DNA of 64,000 nt from an uncultured Clostridia bacterium (GCA_944366945.1 CALVWJ010000002.1:111379-175378); one strand, 5' to 3'. Shown: positions 31,318 to 42,474, counted from the first letter of the stretch. The notes: generated by a model not told the origin, from the letters alone. Translations and numbers: made by a program.

Positions 31318-31998
31318 ATGATTGCAACGATTGTAAACACCGCCGCAGTGGTCGCAGGCGGGCTGATCGGCCTTTTGGCAAAGAAAGGATTGCCGGAGCG
31401 GATCTCAAAAGGCATCATGGCCGCCATTGGCCTCATGCTGATCTGTTCCGGCGTAAAAGGATATTTTGACGGCCAAAGCTCGATTATCGCAGTGCTCTCC
31501 CTCGCGCTTGGCACAGGCCTGGGCGAACTGCTCCGCCTCGAAGAACGACTCAACCACCTGGGGGAACGCATCGGCGCGCGGGTATCCCGTTCTGGCGGTT
31601 CCCGCATCGGGGAAGGGCTCGTTACGGCAACGTTGCTTTTCTGCGTTGGCGCTATGGCCGTGCTCGGCTCCCTGCAAAGCGGCCTTGCAGGGGATCATAC
31701 CACGCTTTATACCAAATCGCTGATGGACTTTATCTCGGCAATCCTGCTTGCTTCCACCTATGGCATCGGCGTTGTGCTTTCGGCAATCGGCGTGCTGCTT
31801 TATCAAGGTGCGATTACGCTGCTTTCCGGTCTGCTTGCCCCGGTGATGACAGAGGCTGCCATTGCAGAGCTTTCTGCAGTGGGTTCCATCGTGTTGGTCG
31901 GCCTTGGCTTGAATTTAACCGGCGTCGCCAAACTGCGCGTAATGAATATGGTGCCTTCTATTTTCATCGCCATTGTGCTTGCGCAGATCATGCATTAA
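31318..31998 (+). CDS. DUF554 family membrane protein
   Basis: TIVNT, LFCVGAMA, KSLMD, NMVPS. Confidence 0.88.
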   Translation: MIATIVNTAAVVAGGLIGLLAKKGLPERISKGIMAAIGLMLICSGVKGYFDGQSSIIAVLSLALGTGLGELLRLEERLNHLGERIGARVSRSGGSRIGEGLVTATLLFCVGAMAVLGSLQSGLAGDHTTLYTKSLMDFISAILLASTYGIGVVLSAIGVLLYQGAITLLSGLLAPVMTEAAIAELSAVGSIVLVGLGLNLTGVAKLRVMNMVPSIFIAIVLAQIMH

Positions 31999-32403
31999 GC
32001 GAAAGTATGCGCCACTTCTTTTCCAAACCTCTTTTCGGTTTGGAAAAAGGCGCTTGGAAGCCGTTTCCAGAATAGTACGCATGGAATTGTTGCAAGGGGA
32101 CGCTGCTCTGGAAGCGGCCTGTTCCCAAGGCCTAAGGCAATAAGCTTATGATGTTTCCCAAAGTTAAGAGGCACAAGCCTCTTTTTGTTTTCCGCATCAC
32201 CGTTTTGCATGAAAATGCTCTCTTCGCCTGCCTAAACCAAGCATGGAATATTATAATTCAATGTAAATTTAGCGCGTGTGCGCACGTTATGTGCGTCCTT
32301 AGTGCGCAAATGATGGCAAGCGCTATGATTGCAGGCATTTCGCTGGATTGCCAGAAACGCTTCCTTATGATAAGCTGGGTTTAAAATTGCAGGGAGACAA
32401 TGC

Positions 32404-32868
32404 ATGAAACCGCTCTATGTCCTAGTGCAATGCACGTGGGGAATGCTGCAAACCATTTTGGGCTTGTGCGTGTACCTATTTCACAGAAACGATCCGCATT
32501 TTCATTATCATGGCGCGATTGTAACGCAATGGGAGCATCCATCCAGCGTATCGCTGGGTTTGTTCGTTTTCGTGACGAGTAAACCCTATTTCGCAAAAAA
32601 GTTCGAAAGCACCATTCCCCTTTCGGAATTGTCCCGAGGATTGCTGGTGCATGAATACGGGCACACCATCCAATCTCTCATTTTGGGTCCGCTCTACTTG
32701 ATCGCAATCGGTATCCCCTCTACGCTTTGGGGGTTCTCGCCGCAGCTTGCACGCAAAAGGAAAGCGCAACAGCAATCCTATTTCTCCTTTTTTACGGAGA
32801 GGTGGGCCAATGCCCTTGGAGAATTCATAACCAAGGAAATTTTGCTCGGACAATTGGTGATCGACTGA
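32404..32868 (+). CDS. Small membrane protein with HExxH motif
   Basis: TWG..QT, SLGLFVF, HEYGHTIQS, FTERWAN; GGGAG RBS. Confidence 0.75.
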   Translation: MKPLYVLVQCTWGMLQTILGLCVYLFHRNDPHFHYHGAIVTQWEHPSSVSLGLFVFVTSKPYFAKKFESTIPLSELSRGLLVHEYGHTIQSLILGPLYLIAIGIPSTLWGFSPQLARKRKAQQQSYFSFFTERWANALGEFITKEILLGQLVID

Positions 32869-33378
32869 GCAGTGCCTTCAGCTTCCTGTTTTACATGCTT
32901 CTTGGTTCCGCCAAACAAACGCGAGCGATATCGCGCCATTCTCAGCCCCTCCAAGGGCGCAGCTTTTTAAAAGACAAACAGAGCAGGCTTTGGTAACTTC
33001 CCGTTTTGCTTTTTTTGTTTCTTTGCATGCGAATGCAGTCCCTGCAAAAAACGCTTGGTTGTTCTACGCATTCCTTGCAGGCAGGAATGGTAGCCTCTTG
33101 CGAGGCGAAGCTTTCATGGGGCCACAGCTTTATCAAAAAAAGCATCGCAGAGGCTCTTTCCCTCAGCCCTTGGAGGTTGCAACCGAATTTGATGCTCCCC
33201 TATGGCCTGCAAACCGGCAAAGCCCTGCGCAGTGCGGCTTTCTTGCATACCCCTTTAAGCCGTTGCGCCACGCGGACCTCAAAAATAGAACGTTCCGCTT
33301 TCTTGATAAACGAACGCCCCCGGGAAGGCTGCGCTTTCCGAGGGCCGTTTCTGTTTTCCAGTTTGCTTTTTTGCCGTT

Positions 33379-34374
33379 TTACTGCGCCTGGCTTACCGCC
33401 ACAGCGCAGGCCACAGTGGCTCCGACCATGGGGTTGTTGCCCATGCCGATGAGGCCCATCATCTCAACGTGCGCAGGCACGGAAGAGGATCCTGCAAACT
33501 GCGCATCCGAGTGCATGCGGCCCATGGTATCCGTCATGCCATAGGAAGCAGGGCCAGCTGCCATGTTATCCGGGTGCAGCGTGCGTCCCGTGCCGCCGCC
33601 GGAGGCAACGGAAAAGTACTTTTTCCCGTTTTCCACGCACCATTTTTTGTATGTGCCTGCAACCGGGTGCTGGAAGCGCGTTGGGTTTGTGGAATTTCCC
33701 GTGATGGATACATCCACGTTTTCATAGCGCATGATGGCAACGCCTTCGTTTACATCGTCCGCACCATAGCAACGCACCTTGGCGCGATCGCCCTCGCTGA
33801 AGGCAGTCTCCCGGGTAATGGAAAGCTGGCCGGTGAACTGGTTGTACTCCGTTTCCACATGGGTAAAGCCATTGATGCGGCTGATGATATACGCGGCATC
33901 CTTGCCGAGCCCATTGAGAATGACCTGCAAAGGCTCTTTGCGCACCTTGTTCGCGGTGCGCGCGATGCCGATGGCCCCTTCTGCAGCAGCAAAACTTTCG
34001 TGCCCCGCAAGGAACGCAAAGCAGCGCGTTTCTTCCCGAAGCAGCATCGCGGCAAGGTTCCCATGCCCAAGGCCAACTTGGCGCTGATCTGCAACGGAGC
34101 CGGGAATGCAGAACGCCTGCAATCCTTCGCCGATGGCTTCCGCCGCTTCGGCTGCGGTCTTTGTTTTCTTTTGCACGGCGATGGCTGCGCCCAGCGTGTA
34201 AGCCCAAACCGCATTTTCAAATGCAATGGGTTGGATGCCAAGGACAATCCCGCGCACGTCAATGCCTTTTTCCTTGAGGAGTGCATCCGCCGCTTCAAAG
34301 CTTTCGATTCCATATTGTGCCATCACGCCCTTGATCTTCTCGATCCTTCTTTCATATCCTTCAAACGTAACCAT
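33379..34374 (-). CDS. GGGtGRT family protein
   Basis: SVASGGGTGRTLHPDN signature; GNSTNPTRFQH. Confidence 0.93.
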   Translation of the reverse strand: MVTFEGYERRIEKIKGVMAQYGIESFEAADALLKEKGIDVRGIVLGIQPIAFENAVWAYTLGAAIAVQKKTKTAAEAAEAIGEGLQAFCIPGSVADQRQVGLGHGNLAAMLLREETRCFAFLAGHESFAAAEGAIGIARTANKVRKEPLQVILNGLGKDAAYIISRINGFTHVETEYNQFTGQLSITRETAFSEGDRAKVRCYGADDVNEGVAIMRYENVDVSITGNSTNPTRFQHPVAGTYKKWCVENGKKYFSVASGGGTGRTLHPDNMAAGPASYGMTDTMGRMHSDAQFAGSSSVPAHVEMMGLIGMGNNPMVGATVACAVAVSQAQ

Positions 34375-34386
34375 GGCTCTGCCTCC

Positions 34387-35079
34387 TTACTGATGACGGG
34401 GGTCAATGACCGTTACCGCCTCGGCAAAACGGCCATAGGTGCTGATGTTCTTCTCATAGGCTTCCTTGGGATCCACGCCTTTTTTGATGGCATCCATCAT
34501 CTTGCCCAGGTTCACAAATTGATAGCCGATGATTTCCTTGTTGGCATCAAGCCCGATTGCGAGCACATAACCTTCGGCCATTTCAAGATAGCGCGGGCCT
34601 TTTGCACGCGTCCCGAACATCGTGCCGATCTGCGAGCGCAGTCCCTTGCCCAGATCCTCCAGGCCGGCGCCAATGGCAAGGCCGTTTTCGGAAAACGCGC
34701 TCTGCGTGCGGCCATAAACAATCTGCAGGAACAATTCCCGCATGGCGGTGTTGATCGCATCGCAAACGAGGTCCGAATTGAGCGCCTCGAGGATGGTTTT
34801 CCCAGGCAGGATCTCGCTTGCCATAGCGGCGGAATGCGTCATACCGGAGCAGCCGAGCGTTTCAATGAGCGCTTCTTCGATCACGCCGTTTTTCACGTTG
34901 AGCGTAAGCTTGCAGGCGCCCTGCTGCGGCGCGCACCAGCCTATGCCATGGGTAAAGCCGCTAATATCGGCGATCTCTTTTGCCTTGACCCACTTACCCT
35001 CCTCCGGAATGGGCGCCGGGTCATGCTTTGCGCCTTTTGCGACGCAGAACATCTCTTCAACTTCGCGCGAATATTGCAT
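34387..35079 (-). CDS. NifU/IscU-like scaffold-domain partner of GGGtGRT
   Basis: GWCAPQQGACKL, GCSGMTHS, LVCDAIN. Confidence 0.88.
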   Translation of the reverse strand: MQYSREVEEMFCVAKGAKHDPAPIPEEGKWVKAKEIADISGFTHGIGWCAPQQGACKLTLNVKNGVIEEALIETLGCSGMTHSAAMASEILPGKTILEALNSDLVCDAINTAMRELFLQIVYGRTQSAFSENGLAIGAGLEDLGKGLRSQIGTMFGTRAKGPRYLEMAEGYVLAIGLDANKEIIGYQFVNLGKMMDAIKKGVDPKEAYEKNISTYGRFAEAVTVIDPRHQ

Positions 35080-35241
35080 TTGATGCGTTCCTCCTTTGAA
35101 TACTCAAGCTTCCATTTGCCCTTTCATCCTGCAGAATCCATAAAGGATGTTAAATATTAGTATACCACACTGCATCCGAAATCACCGCATAAGTTTTTTT
35201 CTCAATCTCCATATTTGGTATAAGTTTCACAAGCATATGTG

Positions 35242-37116
35242 CTATCGCTGCTGCGGAATCCCGCTCCCACGCATGCGCGCCGTGAACGCCCTAATGAATG
35301 GAGAAGCCCGAAGCAGGCCGCAATACCCCAGCATCGGGCGCACGAGCGTAAGCGAATCCCGTGCACGCGTTACCCCAACATAAAAGAGGCGCGCTTCCTC
35401 TTCTGCTGCGCTGGTGCCCGCTTGGGCTGCATCTCCTTCGGCGGGCAGGATGCCCGCCATAAGGTCGATCAAATACACGCGGTCGAATTCCCGCCCCTTT
35501 GCAGCATGGATTGTGGAAAGCGTGATGTGCGCCCCATTTTGGGCCGCGCCCTCCCAGGCACGCAACCGTTCAGCGCAGGGAAGCACGCCGGCCAAATCCC
35601 CGCATGATTCCGCAAGCGCGCACAGGATGTTCAGCTTTTGCAGGTCATCCGCCGTTTGCGGCAGCCCGTTGGCTTTGCGCCAGGCATACTGCACAGCGCG
35701 CGGAGGCTGCATGGAGGCCATGCTGCGAAGTTCTGCTTCGCATTGCTGCACAGCTTCTTCCCGCCGCGAACCAGCATAGAGTTCAGCAAGCATTGCAAGT
35801 GGCGCACGCGCATCGCCCTTTGCCCGGGCGGCAAGCACCGCTTCGCATTCCGCACGGGTGATATAGATCCCCAACCGATGATATACCTTTGCAAAAACAT
35901 CCGCATTTCCGAAGTGTAGCGCAAAATCGAGCACGCCTAGGGCATAACGCACGCGTGCACAGGAAAAGAATTCCGCAGAGCGTTCCCCCGCGCATTCAAA
36001 TGCAATGCCTGCTTCTGCAAGGGCTTCCAGCAATGGAAGCGCAGAGCCGTTGTTACGGTAAAGCACAGCGGCCGTCTCTCCGGGCGCTATGCCTGCGAGT
36101 TCCTTGACGAGCCAGGGATACTGCGCGCGCAGATGGGAAAACTGCACTATGCGGATGGGCTCCCCTACAGGCTTTGCAGCCCGCATGTTCTTCTCGCTCC
36201 GCTGCCGGTTGCGGCGGATAAAGCAGGCAGCCGCATAGGCAATCGCCCCGCTTGAGCGGTAATTCGTTTCCAGGCGCAGAATGGCCGCGCCCGGATAGAT
36301 TTCGCCGAAGCGGAGGAAAACCTCCGGATAGGCCGCGCGGAACCCATAAATGCTCTGATCCTCATCCCCCACCATGAAAAGTTCGCCCGGCTGGGCCAGC
36401 AGGTAGATGATCCTGTGCTGCACATAAGAAGTATCCTGCGCTTCATCTACATTAATATAATGGTATCGTGCCCGCAGCGCGGCAAGCACCCTGGGTTCTT
36501 GCCGTATTAGGCGATATGCCATGAGGAGTTGATCGTCAAAGTCCATGCGTCCCCGCGCCCGGTTTTCCGCTTCATATGCTCGATAAAGCGCCGGAAAATC
36601 CACCCCTTCCAAATTCTCCGCCTCGATCTGCTCCTTTGAAAAGAGCATGTTTTTCACATAGGTGATGCGTGCATCAACCGCGCTGATCAACGCTTCCTCC
36701 GGATATTCTGCATCCGGGAACAGCGCGCGGTATAGCCCACGCAGCACAGGCTTGCGCTCAGAAATCAGATCCGGCAGCGGTATACCTGTGCGCGCGCAAT
36801 GCCCGGAAAGTACGCTCCTGCAAAGACTGTGGATCGTGCGGAAAGCGGGTGTTTGCGATGGTGGCAGTGCAAAGGTTTCGGTAAACCGGCGCCGCATTTC
36901 CTCTGCTGCTGCGCGGGAAAACGTAAGGGTTAAAATTTCGCCTGCATCGATGCCTCTGCAAAAAAGCATATAGCCGGTACGCGCCGTAATCACAGCAGTT
37001 TTCCCGCTTCCCGGCACAGCCAAAAGCAACGCATGCCGCCCGGCAATGCGCATGGCAGCGCGCTGCTGATCATCCAGCTCCATATGGAATTTTTCCAGGA
37101 ATTCCGCTTCCGTCAT
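35242..37116 (-). CDS. UvrD/PcrA-family helicase
   Basis: AVPGSGKT, VDEAQD, GDEDQSIYGFR, NYRS, STIHAAKGREF, YVGVTRA; TTGCAG-17-TATAAT upstream. Confidence 0.92.
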   Translation of the reverse strand: MTEAEFLEKFHMELDDQQRAAMRIAGRHALLLAVPGSGKTAVITARTGYMLFCRGIDAGEILTLTFSRAAAEEMRRRFTETFALPPSQTPAFRTIHSLCRSVLSGHCARTGIPLPDLISERKPVLRGLYRALFPDAEYPEEALISAVDARITYVKNMLFSKEQIEAENLEGVDFPALYRAYEAENRARGRMDFDDQLLMAYRLIRQEPRVLAALRARYHYINVDEAQDTSYVQHRIIYLLAQPGELFMVGDEDQSIYGFRAAYPEVFLRFGEIYPGAAILRLETNYRSSGAIAYAAACFIRRNRQRSEKNMRAAKPVGEPIRIVQFSHLRAQYPWLVKELAGIAPGETAAVLYRNNGSALPLLEALAEAGIAFECAGERSAEFFSCARVRYALGVLDFALHFGNADVFAKVYHRLGIYITRAECEAVLAARAKGDARAPLAMLAELYAGSRREEAVQQCEAELRSMASMQPPRAVQYAWRKANGLPQTADDLQKLNILCALAESCGDLAGVLPCAERLRAWEGAAQNGAHITLSTIHAAKGREFDRVYLIDLMAGILPAEGDAAQAGTSAAEEEARLFYVGVTRARDSLTLVRPMLGYCGLLRASPFIRAFTARMRGSGIPQQR

Positions 37117-37416
37117 GGGGTTTTCATCCAGCAACCAGATTTGCTTTATTATACTTGATCCCGCGGCATCCTGCAAACTCGTACGCAACGCCGGAGTTGT
37201 CCATCGGCTGATAGCCATCCTAACCATAATCCATATCCCCCACAACGTGCACAAGCCTACCATGCTGCGTAGTTGGTTGACCGCCTTTTTCGATGTGCGC
37301 AGCGCATGCTCTGGCTGAATTCAAGCGTAACGCGTGGCTATTGGGCTAGGCAGCGTGCCCGGTTTATGGTAAAATATATCATTGTGAATAAAAACACAAC
37401 CGGAGGGTTACAGCCT

Positions 37417-38103
37417 ATGCCCATAGTTTTGGCCATTGCGTTTGCAGCTCTTTCCTGCGTGCATTTATACGCCTGTTATCGGAAGCGGATCCGGCTGCGC
37501 ATTGCAACAAAGCCCTGCCTGCTTGTCATGCTTGCAGCGCTCTATATTCTCTATGCGCCCTCCTTTCAGTGGCCCGTGTTATTTGCGTTGCTTTTTGGTT
37601 TGGCTGGGGACATTCTGCTGATTCCGAATGGCCTTAAAGTACACTTTGTGATCGGCGCCGTTTCTTTTTCCATTGGCCACGCACTCTATGCATACACATT
37701 ATTCTGCTTAACAGGCGCTTTTTCCATGGCCCATGCCCTCTTTGTTATGTTTGCAGCCATGCTTGTTTATGCCACCGCTGTAATACTGATCGCCCGCCAG
37801 CTGCTCCCGCATGTGCGGGAACACCAGCTGTATATCCTGCTGCCAGCCTATTTTTCCCTCGTCGCGCTCGTTAACGTGGGCGCTTGGTTAACGCTGGCCG
37901 CTGCGCTGAGCGCTGGAAAAGCGGCGCAGATCTTCGCCGCTTCCCTTCTGGTGGGCGGCGCGCTGCTATTTTTCATCTCGGATACGATCCTTTCCTATTC
38001 CCTCTTCCTGCGCAAATCCCGGCATGCAAATTTCTGGGTCATGCTTACCTATATTAGTGCGCAGGCATTTTTAACCGCAGGGTTTGCATCTTATTTTTCA
38101 TAA
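37417..38103 (+). CDS. YhhN/lysoplasmalogenase family membrane protein
   Basis: TKP, AGDILL, FSIGH, FFISD, TYISAQ. Confidence 0.88.
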   Translation: MPIVLAIAFAALSCVHLYACYRKRIRLRIATKPCLLVMLAALYILYAPSFQWPVLFALLFGLAGDILLIPNGLKVHFVIGAVSFSIGHALYAYTLFCLTGAFSMAHALFVMFAAMLVYATAVILIARQLLPHVREHQLYILLPAYFSLVALVNVGAWLTLAAALSAGKAAQIFAASLLVGGALLFFISDTILSYSLFLRKSRHANFWVMLTYISAQAFLTAGFASYFS

Positions 38104-38128
38104 GCGATAGAAAGGATGGTAACGCACA

Positions 38129-38833
38129 ATGCCGCAAAGCAATAAAGCCGTGCTCCAATTGCTCCGCATCCTGCGCGCAGAAACCGATGCAGGCCATCGC
38201 CTCACTGCACCCATGTTGCTTGAACGGCTTACAGCGTGCGGCATACACGCGGAGCGCCGCAGCATTTACCGAGCCATCGCAGCGTTGCGGCAATGTGGCA
38301 TCCCGATTGAAAAAACAACTACCGGATATTATTATGCTCATACGGCCGCAGAGAACGATGCATATGCTGCGCTTGCCGCAGCCGTGGAGGCGGCCGGGTT
38401 TCTTTCCTCCGCGCGCAAGCAGGCGCTTCTCGAGCATATCAAAACGCAGGCAGGACCATGCGCATCAGAAAGTGCGCTCTCCCTCAGCGCCACCATTTCG
38501 GGCCCTTCCACAAAGGATGATGCGCTTTTTATCGCTTTGCAATGCGCGAGCCATGCGATTTCTGGCGGTACCCAGCTCACATTTCTCTTCTCCACATCGG
38601 AAAGCGAACGCCTGCGCGTAAACCCCTATGCACTCGCATTCCAAGAAGGTATCCCCTTTCTGCTTTGCAATAAGGAAGGCGAGCCCGGGCTTTCATGCTT
38701 TCCGCTCGCCTCCCTTTTAAACCTTCGTGAGGAACAACAACCTCGTAGGCATTTTTCCGAAGTAAGCCCCTACAAGGTGCGCTTTGATGTTGAAGATGCG
38801 TTGCGGCATACTTTGGGGAAGGAATTCCGATAA
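38129..38833 (+). CDS. Winged-HTH/WYL-like regulator (short, degenerate)
   Basis: ILRAETDAGH..., ERRSIYRAI, VNPYALAF. Confidence 0.7.
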   Translation: MPQSNKAVLQLLRILRAETDAGHRLTAPMLLERLTACGIHAERRSIYRAIAALRQCGIPIEKTTTGYYYAHTAAENDAYAALAAAVEAAGFLSSARKQALLEHIKTQAGPCASESALSLSATISGPSTKDDALFIALQCASHAISGGTQLTFLFSTSESERLRVNPYALAFQEGIPFLLCNKEGEPGLSCFPLASLLNLREEQQPRRHFSEVSPYKVRFDVEDALRHTLGKEFR

Positions 38834-38848
38834 AATCCCTTTGCAGGA

Positions 38849-39394
38849 ATGGAGCAATCCGCTGCTGTCAGACAGGTGGCAACGCATTTTAATTTGGAGG
38901 ATGCAGGGAACATCAAGCTAGCTGAAATTGCCGAAAAAGAAGTGCTGAAATGCTACCATGGGCATGTGATGAGAGCGCAAAGCAATCTCCATCCCCTTGT
39001 TGAAAGATTTCACGCTCCGGATTGTACTGCAGATACCTTAGGCAATTGTTGGTATGCTGCATTTGTATATCACTGCGTTCTGCTTTCGGGCTATAATTTG
39101 CCTGTCAAAGCAAAAAAGGTGGCGCATAGTTTTGGTTGGGTGCGCGGCTGGGAAGAATGGGCAAAATCCGATGCGGTTAGGCTGTGGAAAAGCGCGGAGG
39201 CAGGGCCAGCAATCGGCGATATCGTTTTGTTCGATGCGATTTATGATGGCAATGCGCCGGATCATATCGCAATCGTCATCGGTTTTTCTCCCGAGCATCT
39301 TCAAACCGCAGAAGGCAATTTCAACAATGTGTCCGCAATTGTTGAAAGAGGGTATGCGCAAGTGAGAGGCTATATCCAGCTGGGCGCAGCCTAG
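38849..39394 (+). CDS. CHAP-like domain protein
   Basis: GDIVLFD, DHIAIV, TAEGN; WYAAFV where WCAAFV is expected. Confidence 0.7.
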   Translation: MEQSAAVRQVATHFNLEDAGNIKLAEIAEKEVLKCYHGHVMRAQSNLHPLVERFHAPDCTADTLGNCWYAAFVYHCVLLSGYNLPVKAKKVAHSFGWVRGWEEWAKSDAVRLWKSAEAGPAIGDIVLFDAIYDGNAPDHIAIVIGFSPEHLQTAEGNFNNVSAIVERGYAQVRGYIQLGAA

Positions 39395-39678
39395 CGGAAA
39401 GTTTCTGGGGAACCTTGGGACGGGCAGGCACAGTTTTCCTCTGTCCACCCGGAACGGATCTGCTGCATGATCGCGCTTAGCGCCTATTGTTGTATCTTCC
39501 AAGCTGCGTGGGTGCTAGAGGCTGCATGCGTTTTTCAATGGAATATAAAGGCGGCAGCATTGCCCTTGCTTTTTGTATATACCAAAGTCCCATGCCGTGT
39601 TCTGCAAGAGTTGTTTCTTTCCACGCCAAAGTCTATTACAAAGCACTTCAAGCACCTTCTTCACCGGTTTGGCTCTCA

Positions 39679-40578
39679 TTATGCGTTCAGTTCCAGCACA
39701 GCGTTTACCGTCCCATCCATACAGTTGTACCAGAAATATCCATCGTGAATTTCATGCTTTGCGTCTTCAAATACATAATAGATCAGCATGGATTCGCTAT
39801 CCAAGCCCCATTGTAAAAACTGATAGGTAATTTCCGGCCAGCCGCCTTCATCCACGTATCCATATCCTTCCTTAGCGAGCTCCGTCGCGCTGACCCCCAT
39901 GGTAAGGTAAGCAGACAAGTTGCTGCTGGAGTGCCATTCAAGCCAATTCAGCACAAAATGCAATCCATCCTCATATTCAAGCGCAAGAACGTATTTTTTG
40001 CTGTCCGGCGCCCACCAAAGCCCCCGATAGACGCAGTCGCCATAAATAATCCGCGTTTGTGCGCCATCTTCCTCCTGCAGGATTAGGGAAGTGGCATCCT
40101 CTAAGGAAAAGCCTGCGCCTTCAAGCGCCTTATTGTAAATCGTAACTTTTTTGGTTTCATCGGGCGAAGTGGTTTTGTCTACCACGAAAAAATATCCATT
40201 TTTCCAGAAAATCCCGACGCAAATTACAAGCAGTAACGCTATGCACAGAGCCGTCACACGCAGATAGTTTTTCTTTGTTCGCTTCAGTTTGCGCGCAATT
40301 TCATTCATGGAATAATCAATCATGCTTTTTGCCCCTTCTTCCGTTTCTTCGCTGCGTTCCACCTGCGTTTCCCTTTCCCCTGCAATCAAATCAAGCACAG
40401 AACACCCAAGAATGCCCGCAAGCGGTTCAAGCAACGCAATATCCGGTGCACATAAACCGCGCTCCCATTTTGAAACAGCACGATCGGTAATATGAAGCAA
40501 CGCCGCAAGTTCCTTTTGCGTCATGCCTTTCCCTTTCCTTAGCTCCTTGATCAGCTGGCCTGTTTTTGTATTATCCAT
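39679..40578 (-). CDS. XRE-family HTH regulator with TM helix and extracellular domain
   Basis: MTQKELA..LHITDRAVSKWERG, TM helix, WWAPDSK. Confidence 0.85.
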   Translation of the reverse strand: MDNTKTGQLIKELRKGKGMTQKELAALLHITDRAVSKWERGLCAPDIALLEPLAGILGCSVLDLIAGERETQVERSEETEEGAKSMIDYSMNEIARKLKRTKKNYLRVTALCIALLLVICVGIFWKNGYFFVVDKTTSPDETKKVTIYNKALEGAGFSLEDATSLILQEEDGAQTRIIYGDCVYRGLWWAPDSKKYVLALEYEDGLHFVLNWLEWHSSSNLSAYLTMGVSATELAKEGYGYVDEGGWPEITYQFLQWGLDSESMLIYYVFEDAKHEIHDGYFWYNCMDGTVNAVLELNA

Positions 40579-41091
40579 AAATGCCCCCATGCGTTTTCCA
40601 ATGCGTTTATTATAGGGAATCGCGTTTTAAAAGTCACCAAACCACCGGTTGATTTTCTGCTGCGCGGGCACACCAAGCAACTTTGTTTTTTGCCTCTCTT
40701 CCAGCGCTTTATACTTCGCCTGCAAACAAAGGTTGGATCCTCTGCTGCATTTGGCGCATCCGGAGCCCTTCTTTTCATTCGTTCCAGTCTAAACAGCAAC
40801 GACGTTTTTTGCAGGGACTGCTGCAGATTCCCTTTGCGACGTTAGCTTCCCGTGTTTTTCAAAATTTCCAGATTTTTGCGTACTGTTTTTGTCCTTGCGG
40901 CCTTTTCGCGAAACAGCCAATACCGGCTTTCTGCAAGGCAGCATGCTCCCAACAGAACCCCTCACACCGGCTTGACAATGCGCTGCGCTTGGCATATGCT
41001 TATAGTGCTATAGTATCCTTATCATTGGCTATCCAAAAAGCAGGCATGCTTTCTTGGGCAGCCGCTTGTTTATGTTTAGGAGATGTGTACG

Positions 41092-42474
41092 ATGGCAGAA
41101 AAGCGTTATGAAATGGATATGTGCTCCGGGCCGCTTTTGAGCAAAATCCTTGCGTTTACCCTCCCCCTTGTTCTTTCAAGCGTGTTGCAGCTGCTGTTTA
41201 ACGCAGCGGATGTAGTGGTGGTAGGCCGCTTTGCCGGCAGTACTGCGCTTGCAGCGGTTGGCTCTACGGGCTCGTTAATCAATTTGATCGTAAACCTGTT
41301 TATGGGCCTTTCCGTGGGCGTAAGCGTTGTTGTCGCGCGGCATTACGGCGCGCAGCAATATGCGGATGTTAACACCGCCGTGCACACGGCGATGCTCATG
41401 AGCCTCATTGGCGGCGCCATGTCTGGAATTCTGGGATTCCTTCTGGCTTATCCGCTTCTTCAGCTCATGGGCTCCCCGGCCGACGTAATTGACCAGGTGG
41501 CGCTTTATGTCCGCATCTATTTCATCGGCATGCCGGCTTCCATGGTTTACAATTTCGGCAGCGCCATCCTGCGCGCCGTTGGTGATACCAGGCGCCCCCT
41601 CTATTACCTCAGCGTTGCAGGCGTGCTCAATGTACTCTTAAACCTGCTTTTTGTGATCCGCTTTTCCATGGACGTTGCAGGCGTAGCGGTCGCAACGGTT
41701 ATTTCGCAATATGTTTCGGCAGCGCTTATCGTAATCTGCCTTATGCGCTCGGAAAGCTGCTACCGTTTTCATTGGGCCGAGCTGGCACTCCATAAGGACA
41801 AAGTCCTGCCCATTCTGCGCATTGGTGTTCCGGCTGGTTTGCAAAGTTCCATTTTCGCAATTTCCAATGTGGTAATCCAATCTTCCGTAAACAGCTTTGG
41901 CTCCGTTGCCATGGCCGGAAGCGCAGCGGCAGCAAATATTGAAGGCTTTGTTTATGTTACGATGAACTCCGTGTCCCAAGCGTCGCTTTCTTTTGCAAGC
42001 CAGAATATCGGCGCGCGTCTCTATGATCGCGTAGGAAAGATATGCCGTACCTGCCTGCTGCTTGCGGCGTTCTTCGGAATACTTTTTGGAAATGCAGCCT
42101 ATTTGTTGCACGATACATTGCTCGGCTTCTACTCTCCAGACCCTGCCGTAATCGCAGCCGGCGCAGAGCGGCTCTCCATTATCGGCGCTACCTATTTTCT
42201 ATGCGGCTTGATGGATACGCTTGCCTGCATGCTGCGTGCAATGGGCAAATCCCTCCTGCCAATGGTAGTAACCATCATCGGTGCCTGCGGGTTGCGCATT
42301 GTTTGGGTGTATACGGTGCTTCCGCTTGATCCTACATTCTTCACGCTGTTTTTATCCTATCCTATCACCTGGGGGATCACCGGAGCGGTGCATGCCGTGT
42401 GCTATTTCTTCACAAAGTGCCAGATGCTCCGGCGTGCCCGGGAAGAAGGCTCGCTTCATCCTGCCAGCGCCTAG
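41092..42474 (+). CDS. MATE family efflux transporter
   Basis: QLLFNAAD..VVGRF, LRAVGDTRRP, multiple TM helices. Confidence 0.95.
   Translation: MAEKRYEMDMCSGPLLSKILAFTLPLVLSSVLQLLFNAADVVVVGRFAGSTALAAVGSTGSLINLIVNLFMGLSVGVSVVVARHYGAQQYADVNTAVHTAMLMSLIGGAMSGILGFLLAYPLLQLMGSPADVIDQVALYVRIYFIGMPASMVYNFGSAILRAVGDTRRPLYYLSVAGVLNVLLNLLFVIRFSMDVAGVAVATVISQYVSAALIVICLMRSESCYRFHWAELALHKDKVLPILRIGVPAGLQSSIFAISNVVIQSSVNSFGSVAMAGSAAAANIEGFVYVTMNSVSQASLSFASQNIGARLYDRVGKICRTCLLLAAFFGILFGNAAYLLHDTLLGFYSPDPAVIAAGAERLSIIGATYFLCGLMDTLACMLRAMGKSLLPMVVTIIGACGLRIVWVYTVLPLDPTFFTLFLSYPITWGITGAVHAVCYFFTKCQMLRRAREEGSLHPASA

Noticed and set aside
35242-38833. Anti-phage defence island (UvrD + WYL)
   Set aside because: Host-like composition and no nuclease or ATPase partner; the helicase looks like a housekeeping paralogue
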